64,000 nucleotides of DNA from a bacterium (GTDB lineage Bacteria; UBA8248): assembly GCA_965213685.1 (NCBI GenBank), contig CBDBZY010000064.1, positions 96,001 to 160,000 on the forward strand, read 5' to 3'. Under the pieces are notes generated by a model. It did not search any database, was not told the origin of the DNA, and saw nothing but the letters and a program-made list of their open reading frames with translations. The translations under genes were made by a program, and so were the position numbers. Of this stretch, positions 27,261 to 39,044 are shown piece after piece (positions within the stretch are counted from its first letter, which is position 1; each line of letters starts with the position of its first letter).

Positions 27261-28076
27261 TTATTTCTGCTGAAAGTTTTGAATGTCAGTAAATATTGCC
27301 TTCTGCAGTGCATTATACTGTTCAGTGGGCATTCCACCCTTTTCCAACAAAGAGTGCAACTTGGATAGCTGATCAATACATTCGCTACGTAACTGGACTC
27401 GTTTTGCAGGGGACAGACTAGACACCACCTGGTCAACAATTGGCTGTGCAGCAGATCCACTCTTCTTAGAACACTTTTTAAAGTAGGGCAAGTCTGGTGG
27501 GTTATCATACGAAGCATGTTTGCCCATATGTATCATATGAGCCCATGCGTTAAGCTTCTCAATAGAGAATTCTCCTTCATGTTTTTCACGCAGCTTATCA
27601 ACAATATCCTCAATTGCTTGCATGCGTTGTTGACAGGTGCTTCTCTTAGCGCTTGACAATGGTTCACCTTCTTCATTTTCACGACCATGCTTCTTTGTAT
27701 CAACAGCAACAGCATTATCTTTCGTTTCACACAGACACCATAGTTGTATAACACATCGCTTCAATCTATACTCCTCATATATTTGTGCAATATCACTATC
27801 ACTATTTAAAACATTGTGCTTGCCCTTTAGCCCATGTCCAGGTGATAGAAATCCAACCATTTCTACCTTGCTGCCCAGGTCCTTACACAACACATCCATC
27901 ATTTCCTCTTTTGAAAGGAACTTCTGTGTAGTTGTCATGTTGTGTACGTAAAAACTTGTTCTCCGCTTTGGATTCATCACCTTAACTGAATATTGGTAGA
28001 ACACTTTTGAGGTTATGTTCACTCTTGTAGATGTTTTACTACTTGAGGAACACTGTAGAAAGATTGACAATAGCAT
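27261..28076 (-). CDS. Uncharacterised ~271-aa ORF convergent with the transposase (probable element accessory gene)
   Basis: Open 271 codons with conserved-looking blocks SPGHGLKGK and WAHMIHMGKHASYDNPPDLPYF, and a SHOCT-like C-terminus (QLSKLHSLLEKGGMPTEQYNALQKAI). True start uncertain. Confidence 0.6.
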   Translation of the reverse strand: MLLSIFLQCSSSSKTSTRVNITSKVFYQYSVKVMNPKRRTSFYVHNMTTTQKFLSKEEMMDVLCKDLGSKVEMVGFLSPGHGLKGKHNVLNSDSDIAQIYEEYRLKRCVIQLWCLCETKDNAVAVDTKKHGRENEEGEPLSSAKRSTCQQRMQAIEDIVDKLREKHEGEFSIEKLNAWAHMIHMGKHASYDNPPDLPYFKKCSKKSGSAAQPIVDQVVSSLSPAKRVQLRSECIDQLSKLHSLLEKGGMPTEQYNALQKAIFTDIQNFQQK

Positions 28077-28126
28077 ACATCACCACTTACAGGAACACAC
28101 TTACATCATGATTTTTTTGCTTTTAA

Positions 28127-28701
28127 GGGAGGGCGAGTCATGATTGCGTTCTTCGTCAATTACTCTACCGTCGCTTTCCCCCTACATTTACCAATGCTAA
28201 AACGACAGCAATTCTTTGGCGCGGTTGCAAATTCGCTGGGAAAAAAATTCATATTTCCTGCTACCGTTGGACGTGCGGCGCTGTATGGCGCCAACCGGTG
28301 AAGAGGAGGATGCTCGCCAAAGAGGAGTGAACTAGTTTATGCGCAATGGGTTGCTCGAGACTTGGCTTGCTACTTTACGGCAGAAGTTGCTACTGTTTTT
28401 CTAAATTCTGCAGCACGAAGAAAACGATTATATGTCTAGAAAGAAAGATTTAGCACGGATTTTTAAAGCAAACTTAGATAGCCAACATGCTTAGTAATCA
28501 TCCACCGAAGTTTCGTCTCTGCAGCATTAGCCGTTATTGGCAAATTTTTTTCTATAATTAGCGATATGCATATTGCGTAAATTTTATAATTCTATGAACC
28601 GACATATCACGCAAAAACTACGTTATTTCGCTAAGAGGCATCATTAGGAGAATACAATGAAACATAAATCAGGCAAAATCATGTCTTAGGGTCGTCCTGC
28701 C
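28127..28701 (+). mobile_element. 575-bp non-autonomous DNA transposon, TTAA-flanked, GG termini (Kolobok-like)
   Basis: ttaa|gggagggcga...tcgtcctgcc|ttaa; near-identical to 52519-53092 and 62486-63060. Confidence 0.85.
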
Positions 28702-28705
28702 TTAA

Positions 28706-29120
28706 ACATAGAGTACACAAAACCCTGAAGCAAGCCTTTATTAGAATGCACGTTAAAGAGAAGGAATGTACGTATCCTTACGTCAAAATTGATCTCCTGG
28801 TGACTGTCATTCTCCCGCGGAAATGGACCGACCCTAGTGTGACAACGGGCATCCCAGTATGCACCCGCTTCAGGAGATCCACGACTCTGAGGAAGCGCAA
28901 TGTCGGGGAAGAGATCGTCGCCTTCTGTGTTCTCCATTTCTGCCTTGAGGGCGAGGCACACACGCAGAAGGCGGGCTTCTGAGGTCTATTCGGGAACGGA
29001 GAACGGAAAAACGCAATTTCTCAATGCAATCGCATTCCACTGTACGGCCGCATATGTGCGGCCATGAGCAACATCCGCAAACTCGCTCAGGCTCGCCCCA
29101 CAATGCCTGCATTTCTCTAG
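28706..29120 (+). mobile_element. 3' portion of a family B element
   Basis: Ends ctcgctcaggctcgccccacaatgcctgcatttctctag (subterminal repeat + hairpin + CTAG). Left boundary uncertain. Confidence 0.55.
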
Positions 29121-29149
29121 TCTTAACTTAATGTGGTGGGCTACCATAA

Positions 29150-29555
29150 TTGGGCGAGCCCACCTAGTCGTTGCGCGCGCTGGAGCCTTCCCCTAGTATG
29201 GCATCGGCAATGCCACCTTTTGTTCCCCACGGGCCCCCGCGCTATGGGCAAACGTAAAGCCGGCTCGATCACATCCGGTTACATGGTGAAACAGGGAAGT
29301 TGCTGCTTAGTGACAGTTGGCGTGTTACAAGCAAGTCTTGGCTAGTGTGTTGCGACTCAAGATTTGGACTACCCCTGCCCCTTACCTCGTCAAGGCTCAG
29401 AGCGTAGCTACCGTTCGATGCGTCGTTACACGCGGCCCGGCAAGAACCTACTTCACTGGTGGCGTGACGAGGCAGGGCTAGGACTAGACTACAGACTGCG
29501 ACTAGCATGTAGTTGGCTCGCTCCCGCTCGCCCACAATGCTGGGCATTCTACTAG
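29150..29555 (+). mobile_element. Non-autonomous family B element (~405 bp)
   Basis: 5' ttgggcgagcc; core ccccgcgct..gcaaacgtaaagccggctc shared with ~1007-1040 and 25300-25350; 3' gctcgcccac-aatgctgggcatt-ctactag. Confidence 0.7.
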
Positions 29556-31490
29556 TAATACCTTTTAATGCTACTCTTGGCTGATAGCAAGCCCGGCAAA
29601 CAAGAAACCACAATACTCAGTGGTTGAATAACAACATTAGAGATCTTATCAGCCATTTTCAGGACTTGTATTGCAAAGCGATGAGCTGCAGGTGGCTGTT
29701 ACTTGTTAATGAGATTCATAGTTTTCCTACCATGTGCAGGACGTCTGCTTCTCATCAAAAATATAATAAATCTGCAGGCATTTCTTTTGAGCTGGTCAAT
29801 CCATCACTTTGTTGTACAAGGAGCAAAGCAGGTCCAATCAATTGCCTTTTTAGAATATTGTTTGTCATTAAAGTTTTATAGGGTGAAATGAAGGTATATT
29901 ATACTTTTCTTGAACACTTTGGCTTATTCTGGAAAGGCTGTTTATAAAAAAGGCATCATATGAACCTTAAATGGCTCGCTAAAAGTCGAAGATCTCTAGT
30001 TCTTTCTGCTAAGCCATTTTCATGCAGAGACATTTGATGAAAATATTAGTGACATTTGACCACATGTGCAGCTGTGCTCGTAAAAGATACACACATCATG
30101 TTTTGCTGGAGCGTTTTAGACTTTCTCTTTAATTGTGCTCCACATTATATAGCCCAGTTTCTACATGTATGTGTGCGCCAATAAGAGGTTGTTGAATCTA
30201 CACAGGCTGAACATGGCCACGCTTTGATGTTCCACCACCTTAATCCTTTCGCTTACCAAAGTTGCACACTTGCTAAAACAGTGTAAAACTAGGGAAATAT
30301 CAAACATTTGATGATGTAATGTTGGTATGTGGGCAATTTACTGATTAAAAACCTCCCACACACCCCTTGAAGTGGCCTGTCAGCGCTTGGATGTGGCGGT
30401 AGGAGCTTTGAAGTAGCTTTCATCTCTGCTATTGTGTACTTTACAAAAAGCAACAAGCCTAGCAGGCAGTGTGATAAACTGTCAGAGAGGGCTATAGGTA
30501 GCTGCAGCGATGTCTAGGCTCTGTACGTAGCCATAAATCGGCCACGCGGTTTCGATCTGTAGGAATACGAAGATTTGAATTGGGTGCCAGGAGACATGTG
30601 GGGCACACCGTTACCATGGACGTAGCCAGGCTACGCTCATGCACTAGGCGACGCTTTGACCCCAGGGTTTGGAAGTACACAGAGATTTAAAAATGGCTGT
30701 GTCACTTTATTCGCTCGTTCTAGCATGAGAACTCAAGTGAAAGGGTTATAGGAACACCCCTATGAAAGTCATTATCTTTTTCATTCCTGCACACCTTTTT
30801 AGTACTAACATATAATTGGCTCAGGCAGATATGGCATACGAATTCTATGTCTATTGGCATATTGGAATGCTATCTACCCTGGTGCCACATAGACATTGTA
30901 GCTGCATACCACAAACAGTTATCTGTGTTATTACATAATAAATAGAATAGGGACATAGCAAAGTGTTTGAGCAAAGACCTTTGTCACATACATGTAGGTT
31001 GTAAGGCCATGCTCTTATAATAATATTATTTATACTACACATTTTCATGACAGCTATTTGGGGCCATGCTATGGCCACACAATAAGGAAAGGTTGTAATT
31101 GTGTAGTAAGTGGGAGGGAATTATGGACTGGCATTATATATAACACGTACATGTAGATGTGCAACTCCCATAACAAAGGTCTTTGTTAAAACAACAATTC
31201 TATTTTTGCAGTGCATGCATTGACTTCCACTTTAATGTGCCTTTAACCAATAAGTATGTCTATCTCAGTTGCACATTAAATTTTGTTCCCCACCTGGTAC
31301 TGAACAGATGGTGTACAAAATGTATATCCTACTAGAAGTTTAGGGCATTTAGTGATAGTCTGCCAAGCTTGAAATAGCAGTAAGCACACATTATGGGTTG
31401 TTAACCCATCACAAGTTCCAGTCACAACACAATACTTGGAGATACTCTACATATTGCACCAATGCATTCAGTCTCATACTGGAGAAATAC

Positions 31491-31770
31491 TAGTGGCTGG
31501 CAAGCAAATTCCCTCTTCGATGTGTTTACGTACACTGTACCCAAATTTAGAGAAAATACTTGCATGTGATTTTGTAAACCTCTTAAATGCCACACATAGT
31601 CCTGAGTACCAAAACTCCTGTCTAATGCGTTTTTGTGTAAGCTTGTAGTGCCTTTCTTTAAACTGCACAAAAGTACTACATATTCTACCAATACATACTA
31701 GTTGGGAAATATATACTCCATATGCTGGTTTAGCAGCGGTATTTGAGCTCAAATGAGGGAAATTTATAAC
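31491..31770 (-). mobile_element. Penelope-like element RT C-terminal fragment
   Basis: FPHLSSNTAAKPAYGVYISQLVCIGRIC is characteristic of the PLE RT thumb region. Confidence 0.7.
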
Positions 31771-31791
31771 GTCAAATTACGTGTAGACAAC

Positions 31792-32775
31792 TTACCGGTC
31801 ACTTGAGTGACTGAACTTACCAAACTTACCTCTTCTCTGCCCACCAACCACAGTGCCATCCTTTGGATCCCCAGCCGAGGACTGAGACTGAGGCTGGGTA
31901 GAGCATGGTTCTCCACATAATTTGACCTTGCTAACCTCCCACACATCAATTATGTACTCCTTCTCTAAAGCAAGCATAGAATCGAAATTCTCCGTCCAAA
32001 GCTCACAACCTAACACAAAAGAAGCCCTTTCAATATTATCTAATGCTTCAAAGTCTTTAAAAGCCTCTCCTAATGTGGACCTGAGCTTAATCATGAACTC
32101 TTCCCTACTATCCTTGTAAGCAGGACACTCCCATAAAACATGGACAACACTCTCGCACTCATCGCCACATAAAACACACTCAGTCCTGCCATTCCTTCCC
32201 CTATGCCTACCAAACTCCTCATTCAAACCATGTGTTCCTGACCTAAAATTTAAACAAGAGTCTAGTTCCGACATCACTAACCCCATGGAGGTACCTTTTG
32301 AACTTTACTTCCTTACTAAATGCTTATACAACCCTAACATAACCTTGCTATTCAATCCTCCCTTTATTTTCTCTATTACTTACACAGTCATTCACATTCA
32401 ACAAAAACAAGCTAAATGGACATTGCCCCCCTTCCTAATATCATCTAGCAATTCACCTTTAGGCAATCCTAGCACACCAAATAATTCATCTACATACTTA
32501 TTCCAAGGCTTCCTCTACGTGGTTTCACCTTCCATTCCTGATCAAAAAGCTGCCTTGGATACTTACTGACATAGATGCTAGTTTATACCACCACTTATGC
32601 TTAGCCTTGTCTCTACGACTCTTCAAGGTCTCTAAACCCATGTCCCCTCTAACTACCTCATTACAAGTCTTAGATGAGCATCCAAGAATCCTTTTTGCTC
32701 CCCCCAAGAGAATAGATTCTAAAGCACTTGCCTGACTTTTATTACACTCACTGCTATATTCTATGCTAGGTCTAA
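31792..32775 (-). mobile_element. Non-LTR retrotransposon ORF2 C-terminal fragment with CCHC zinc knuckle
   Basis: GAKRILGCSSKTCNEVVRGDMGL; FRSGTHGLNEEFGRH...CVLCGDECESVVHVLWECPAY. Confidence 0.8.
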
Positions 32776-33292
32776 GGATCTGGTGTTAAGTATGCGTGAA
32801 AACCACGCATGGCCATCTTGTGTATAGGCCTACAGAGTAAGTATGTGATAAGTGGCTGTGTAAGGATGTGTCAAACCTCAGGGCAATGCATACTAATAAC
32901 CTCTGCTAGACCCTACTCACGCTTCGCGCTTGGAGTAGGGTCTAGTTCCAGGGTCTAGTCCGATAGACTAGAGAAATACATACTGGAGAAGCAAGACTCA
33001 GTGCAGGAGTGGCATGATGTCATTCAGCTGCAACTGAGATGACCATAGCAAGGTTAAGATCACGCTTTTTTTGCTATGTACACATAAACGTAGCCTTACT
33101 GTGGGCTGTATAAGCATAGGACATACATACAAACGTATCCTTACTGTTGATTTCTCCTGTCTCAGCTCAGCTTAGTTTCAGAAATGGGCAGTCTCCATAG
33201 TGTATGTTCCAGGTGGTAGAGTGCTGTTCACTTAGTGACACCATTACCCCTATTGTGTGGGCAGGGCCATTACCTCAGTAAAATGAAACCTC

Positions 33293-33459
33293 TGTATAGT
33301 GTTCACTCTGTAAAACAGCCACCTCATTATTACAGCCACCTACTCAGGTCGCTTGGGATATAATGCCCAATATTTACACCTCTATTAAACAGCCACCTCT
33401 CTATTACAGCTACAAATTTATGGCCCATAGGTGACCACTCTAGGGAGGTTCCACTGCAA
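33293..33459. mobile_element. Probable pogo/Tc1-like MITE remnant
   Basis: Right end gaggttccactg (CAGTGGAACCTC type) and internal acagccacct repeats. Confidence 0.4.
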
Positions 33460-34269
33460 TGGCTTAAAACTGTGCACAAAACCTGCTGGTTGGCAAAAAG
33501 TGCATGGAGTGCTAGTCGGCTAGTACTAGTGTATCGCCTTGTCAGTGGTAGCACCATGAGTAATGGTTATGTCAACCCATTGGACTACCAGGCCAGGAAG
33601 AGATACTATGAAAAGCTGGAAGCTGGAAGCTGTTGGCCTGTCTCTTAATGTTGAACCATATAGCGCTAGTGATAGATTCCATTCTGACACGACCCTTTGG
33701 CCAAAGATCGAATACAGTTTAATACATTTCAGGCCTGGCACCTACGTTCAGGAACAACTTCTCTCATGGAAGCAGATGGAAGCACCCAGCTGGATTCAAA
33801 AACGTGTGTGACAAGTCCACTGACTGAGGACTGAGCACACCAGCGTCAGCCGTTGGACGGGAAGAACACTATAGCTAACACAGTGCAACTATCAGAAAAC
33901 TCTAATCTATGTCTATTCCTCACTCACGATGTTTCTGTCATATTCTCTCTTCAAGAGAGGAGGTTACTGCCGTACAGTCAGTCAGGAACGTGTTTATACA
34001 CAGCACAGTTGTTACTAAAACCCAGGATGGGACAGGGTGAATCCGAGACATCCCGTCTCGTCCATACGTGTATGATAGCCACGCTGGCGGCAGTTAGGCA
34101 CTCCTGGCACGTATCTACTATGGACTCTACAAGTGCTTCGGCAGGACATGTAGCTACTACGGACTCTACAAGTGCTTCGTCGCATCATACCTTTACACTG
34201 TATCCTTGCAAATTTCACAGTTCATGACAAGACTGTGTAAATATTACTTTCACAAAAACGACAAAACCT

Positions 34270-34400
34270 CTTGTGAAGACCTACACAAGATGCATGAAAC
34301 CATTCCATACAAGTGTCACAAGTGTCACATTCAATCATGGCATTGCCATTGTCTGGGAGTCGGTATGAAAAGTATCCCTGTGATTGCTTTAAGAAAAATC
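34270..34400 (-). pseudogene. PHD-finger coding remnant within a TIR element (second copy + strand ~47325-47430)
   Basis: RLPDNGNAMIECDTC..EWFHASCVGL; the element end tactaaaaccc(a/g)gga has its inverse gtcccgggttttagta at ~47623-47638. Confidence 0.6.
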
Positions 34401-34679
34401 TGTTTCTTCCATCTTTCGCTATTGATCGACTATTATAGTATAACACTTTTCCCGGATTCGTAAAAGCGTGCGGCAGATATCGATCTCGGTTTATTGGTCC
34501 CGGATTTTGAGTAGGCGGCCGAATCCGGGAAAAGTGTTATACTATAATAGTCGATCAATGGAAGAAACGTAAAGCAATCTCTCCGCAATCAGCTGTAGAA
34601 GCACCTACAGATGGTGCTTCATTACTTCAATCACCTGACGCCCACACATAGATGAACATGATGATTACTGGCTGCTCCC

Positions 34680-35330
34680 CCCACCTGTGTCAGCAGAGAA
34701 ATTCTTACCATACTATCTCCAGGTGAACTAAGACTTCCTAATAATATCAGAACAGTAAATCCTCCCATCCTGGCTCCTTCCTGATGGGGATGTGTTCCAG
34801 TCGACATACCTAAAGGGGTTCTGACGGCACAAGATTTGAGGGTCTGCCAGTGTGAGGTTGGCAGATTCGCCAATGACCACTGGTTGTACTTAGGAAAGAA
34901 TGGACTCCCAGTCTCTGGGTCCAGGCTCGGTGCCCAAACAGAAGTTATTCTTTCCTTTCTTTCCTTCTTCACCTGTGTCAGCAGAGTAATTCGTACCATA
35001 CCATCTCCAGGTGAACTAAGACTTCCAAATGTTATCTGGACAGTAAATCCTCCCATCTCGGCTCCTCCCCTGATAGGGAGGCGTTCCGGTTGTCCCCTAA
35101 AGGGGTTCTGACAGCACAAGATTTGGGGGGTCTGCCAGTGTGATGCTGGCAGATTCGACAATGACCACTGGTAGTACTTAGGAAAGAATAGGGAGATAAA
35201 CTTTTGTCCTGGGTAATGGCCTGGTGCTTAGTGTACTGGACTCCCAGTCTCTGGGTCCAGGTTTGGTGCTCGGACAGAAGTTTACCTTTCCTTTCTTTCC
35301 TTCATCAACTGTGTCAGCAAATTCTTAGAC
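34680..35330 (+). repeat. Tandem ~295-bp units with a degenerate tRNA-like segment (SINE-like); copy at 47715-48120
   Basis: cacctgtgtcagcagag recurs at ~34682, 34969 and 35307; tggcctggtg...ccaggtttggtgc resembles A/B boxes. Confidence 0.5.
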
Positions 35331-35792
35331 TATGGCTATTCAGCCACGTATCATTCTCTCAACCCCTGGCACTGAACAGATGTGAAGAATATTTGTGTGA
35401 AATTCTTACAAGTTATGCATATGAGTCATAGAGTAGATGACAATTCTTTGGTCTAGTTACGACCTCCCATTATGGGTCATTTACCCATCACATATCAAAC
35501 TCCTGCCATAGCACACACTCTAGTTACTCTGGAGACGGATATCCTATACCTAGTACCTTGTGCACATGCACCCCATCTCAAGAGTATACTCAGTGTGGGA
35601 GTGACGTGGCATCACTCAGCTGCAACTGAGATATACATCCATACCAAGGTTAAAACTAACCATCTCTCCTATCATGCCAAGGGAGAGCTACGTATCATAT
35701 GCATATGCAGTAGGTGGTATGTTCAACACTGAACATTTGAATAATAAGTACCTCACATCAAAGTATACAATCAATGCATAAAGGCACAATAT

Positions 35793-37451
35793 CTAAAACC
35801 TTCTATGACAGTTACATTTACTATCAACCACCTTTGATGGCCTTCTATCATGTATGGATATGCAACCTATGTCTGTAGCACTTTTGTTTACCGACAGAAG
35901 AAAGTCTTTTAGCTCTTGTTTCAACACTGGTACAAGGTCAGTGTGCTGGTCAGATATATCAGTTGTTTCTTTAGGATCAGCTACCACATCTTAAAGATTG
36001 ACACTCTGTATGTTTCCTTTATTGTACTTAACAACAAGTTTTTGTGAGTCTCGTAATACTGCACCATAGAAAGATGAGTTTAAATCTCCCTTTTTAATGT
36101 GAAAGGCAAAAGCAATTGAACTATTGCGATGATTGACATCTCCCTTGAGAAATGGCAGAATAGAGACACCATCTATTGGTCAATCTTGAGGAGGATCAAT
36201 GCCAAGGATATCACACACAGTCGGTAGCAGGTCATTTGTCACCACAGGATAATCAGACTTTCGATTGGCTTTAATCACTGCTGGCCATTCTAATATTGCA
36301 GGGACTCGAATACCACCTTCAAACACTGTCCCTTTCTCTCCTCTCAAACCAGCTGTAGAGCCTGGAGTGCCTTTCTGTGGGCCATTGTCACTTGAGAACC
36401 ACACAAATGTGTTGTTCTTAATGCCATATGTTTCCAGTAAACCTCTGACTCTCCCTATTGCTTGGTCCAGTTGCGATATAGCTCCATAGTAATGGGTAAC
36501 ATCTCTTGAGTAACCTTGTTTTCTGTACATAGTGTAGTAGGGATCAAGAGCATAGTACACACGATGCACGTCATGAAATGCAAGTATAACAAAAAAGAGC
36601 TTTTCACTAGAATGCAATTTTTGAAGATATTTCTCAAACATGTCCACAATAAAATCTGAATCTCCAATTATGGAGTTGTGGTAGGCTTGCAATTTTTCTG
36701 ACTCCTTATCCATGTAGTGATAATCTCTGCAGGTTTTGTGTTGGTACCATCTCTTCTCAACAGTACAACTGAAGCGTTCAGAGCATTGGCAGTTTGGTGC
36801 CACTGAGGATGTGTCTCTTTCAGTTACTAACCACAGGTCAAAACCATGCATGCCAGGATGGGACACAGGCCACTTCTTGTTACCCCCTTCAATAACTTTC
36901 ACATCACCAACATGCCATTTCCCAAATATGGCAGTTTTGTAGCCTTCATTCTTTAGAAGTTCAGGCAGTGTTACTTCAGAGGTAGGTAGGGGCATAGAAC
37001 AGGGGCATTCGCCATCGTTACATGGAACACCCAGATCCGCGTGCCAGATACAGTACCGATTGTGGTTACGTCCTGTCAACAGAGTGCCTCTGGTTGGTGA
37101 GCAAACAGGACCTCCCGAATAAAACCTCGTTAGGAGGACACTGTTTGGTCCTCGGGCCATTTGGTTGAGATTTGGTGTCTTAGCTTTTCCTCCATTATAC
37201 TCCACGTCACCATAGCCCAGGTCATCAGCTAATAAGTACAGAATATTTGGATGTTGCAATGGATTCTTGTGTCTGTTAGGTAGTGAAAAATTGTCCTCAA
37301 GAAAGTTAGGAAACCTATATTGTTTCTTCTTTACTCTTCTCCTAAAAGTAATGCCATTGACATCTCCTAGTGCGCTGTACAACACAATTACTAAGATACC
37401 CACCACAACCGTCGCTAGTACTATTGCCACTCTGAAATCTCCCACTTTCAT
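35793..37451 (-). pseudogene. Arylsulfatase copy 3 with a single nonsense codon
   Basis: In frame from ATG 37451 to stop 35793 except CGA(Arg)->TGA at 36180-36182, which removes the last 129 aa. CSPTRG motif intact. Confidence 0.92.
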
Positions 37452-37732
37452 AGTTTGGTGAGGAGACACACTTGCAGCTGTAGTACAGAAGGAGAGAACA
37501 GTAGTAGGAAGTGATCTCTCTACATAAGCAGGGTACATATACACAAACATGGCCTTGCTGTGGGCCGTGTATAAACACAAGACATACAGGGTACCAACAT
37601 AATGTCCCTTTTTAACTTGAGCCATTCACATACGCAAATACAGCCTGCTATGGGCTGTGTACAAGCACGGGACATGCAATTCTATGCTAATCTTAAAGTG
37701 GTGGGCTACCGTTATGCGCTTGATATCTAATT

Positions 37733-37884
37733 TAAAGTATGAAAAACATTTTCCAAAAATGTAGAGGAATGTAGGTATGGCAGTGCCAAAAATCACAGAA
37801 AATAGGTATAGGGATGGCGGTGTGCAGGCAAGACAGGGCATACAAAGATTACACAAGTAACACCATCCCTATATCTTTTTTCTT
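37733..37884 (-). mobile_element. Orphan 3' end of Helitron family A
   Basis: Matches 6684-6830 (aagtatgaaaaacattttccaaaaatgtag...). Confidence 0.75.
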
Positions 37885-39044
37885 CACCATGCACCAGTGT
37901 TGTTCGCAGTAATCTCATAGTGTAACCTGCATAAGGATAACATGGAAAAAATCACGCTTTCTGTACATGAGCAGCCGTCTCCGAACACCTTTATCAAGGT
38001 CTTCTTCAAGGTCTTCTTGCCGAGGGGTTCTACCAGCCAAGGAGTGATACCAGCCTGGAAGCACACATGAACCCTTACACTTTACGCCAGTGCGTGACTA
38101 GTGATATACCAGTGGAGGAGAGAACGGAAACACTTATACTTAAAGTCAGTGCGAGCCCACGTACACGTACTGCACGAGGCTATTTACTGCGTATATGTAC
38201 CTCTAGTACTCTTATATACTACAAATGTTTCATGACAGCTGTTTTGGGCCATGCTGTGGCCACACAATAAGGAAAGGTTGTAATTGTGTAGTAAGTGGGA
38301 GGGAATTATGGAGAGGCATACATGTACATGTAGATGTGCAACTCCCATAACAAAGGTCTTTGTTAAAACAGGAGTCCATAAGCGCTGCAAAGCGATACTA
38401 ATAGAATTGTTGTTTTAACCAGGAGCCCATTGGCGTCGCTTCACGGCGCTTATGGGCTCCTGGTTAAAACAACAATTCTATTATTGCAGTGCATGCATTG
38501 ACTTCCACTTTAATGCAATAAGTATGTTTATCTCAGTTGCACATTTGTTCTCTTAACACCTGGTACTGAACTGATGGTGTAAAGAATGTGCAAAATGTGT
38601 AGGTAGGATATCCTTCTAGAAGTTAAGGGCATTTAGTGATAGTGTCCTTTAGTCCACTAAGCTTGACATAGCAGTAAGCACACATTATGGGTTGTTTACC
38701 CATCACAAGTTCCAGTCACAATACAATACATACATATACTCGAGAGATACTCTACACATTGCACCAATGCATTCACGCAGTCTCATACTGGAGAAATACA
38801 CACTGGAGAAGTAAGACTCAGTGCAGGAGTGGCAGGATGTCATTCAGCTGCAACTGAGATGACCATCAAAATCATCATGGTTCTTTTGCTATGTATACAT
38901 GTAGCCTTTCTAAGGGCTGTGTATATATAAGCATGGACATACATACAAACATAGCCTTACTGTGGTTTTTCCTGTGTCAGTACCAGCTTAGTTTAAGAAA
39001 AGGGCAGTCTCTAGTGTATGTTCCAGGTGAGTGCTGTTCAGGAG

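Larger units (their letters stand above)
31030..33230. repeat. Block paralogous to 38220-39040, carrying a 1.48-kb insertion (31491-32970)
   Basis: Flanks align to 38220-38800 and 38800-39040. The insertion is bounded by the 9-bp direct repeat gagaaatac. Confidence 0.8.
33798..35795. repeat. 3' flank of sulfatase copy 3, duplicated at 46928-48595
   Basis: Shared blocks in the same order (aaaacgtg.gtgacaagtccactgactgagg; PHD remnant; ~295-bp repeat units; gtgcacatgca...). Confidence 0.88.

Noticed and set aside
29600-30950. Possible decayed coding sequence
   Set aside because: No motif could be recognised with confidence.
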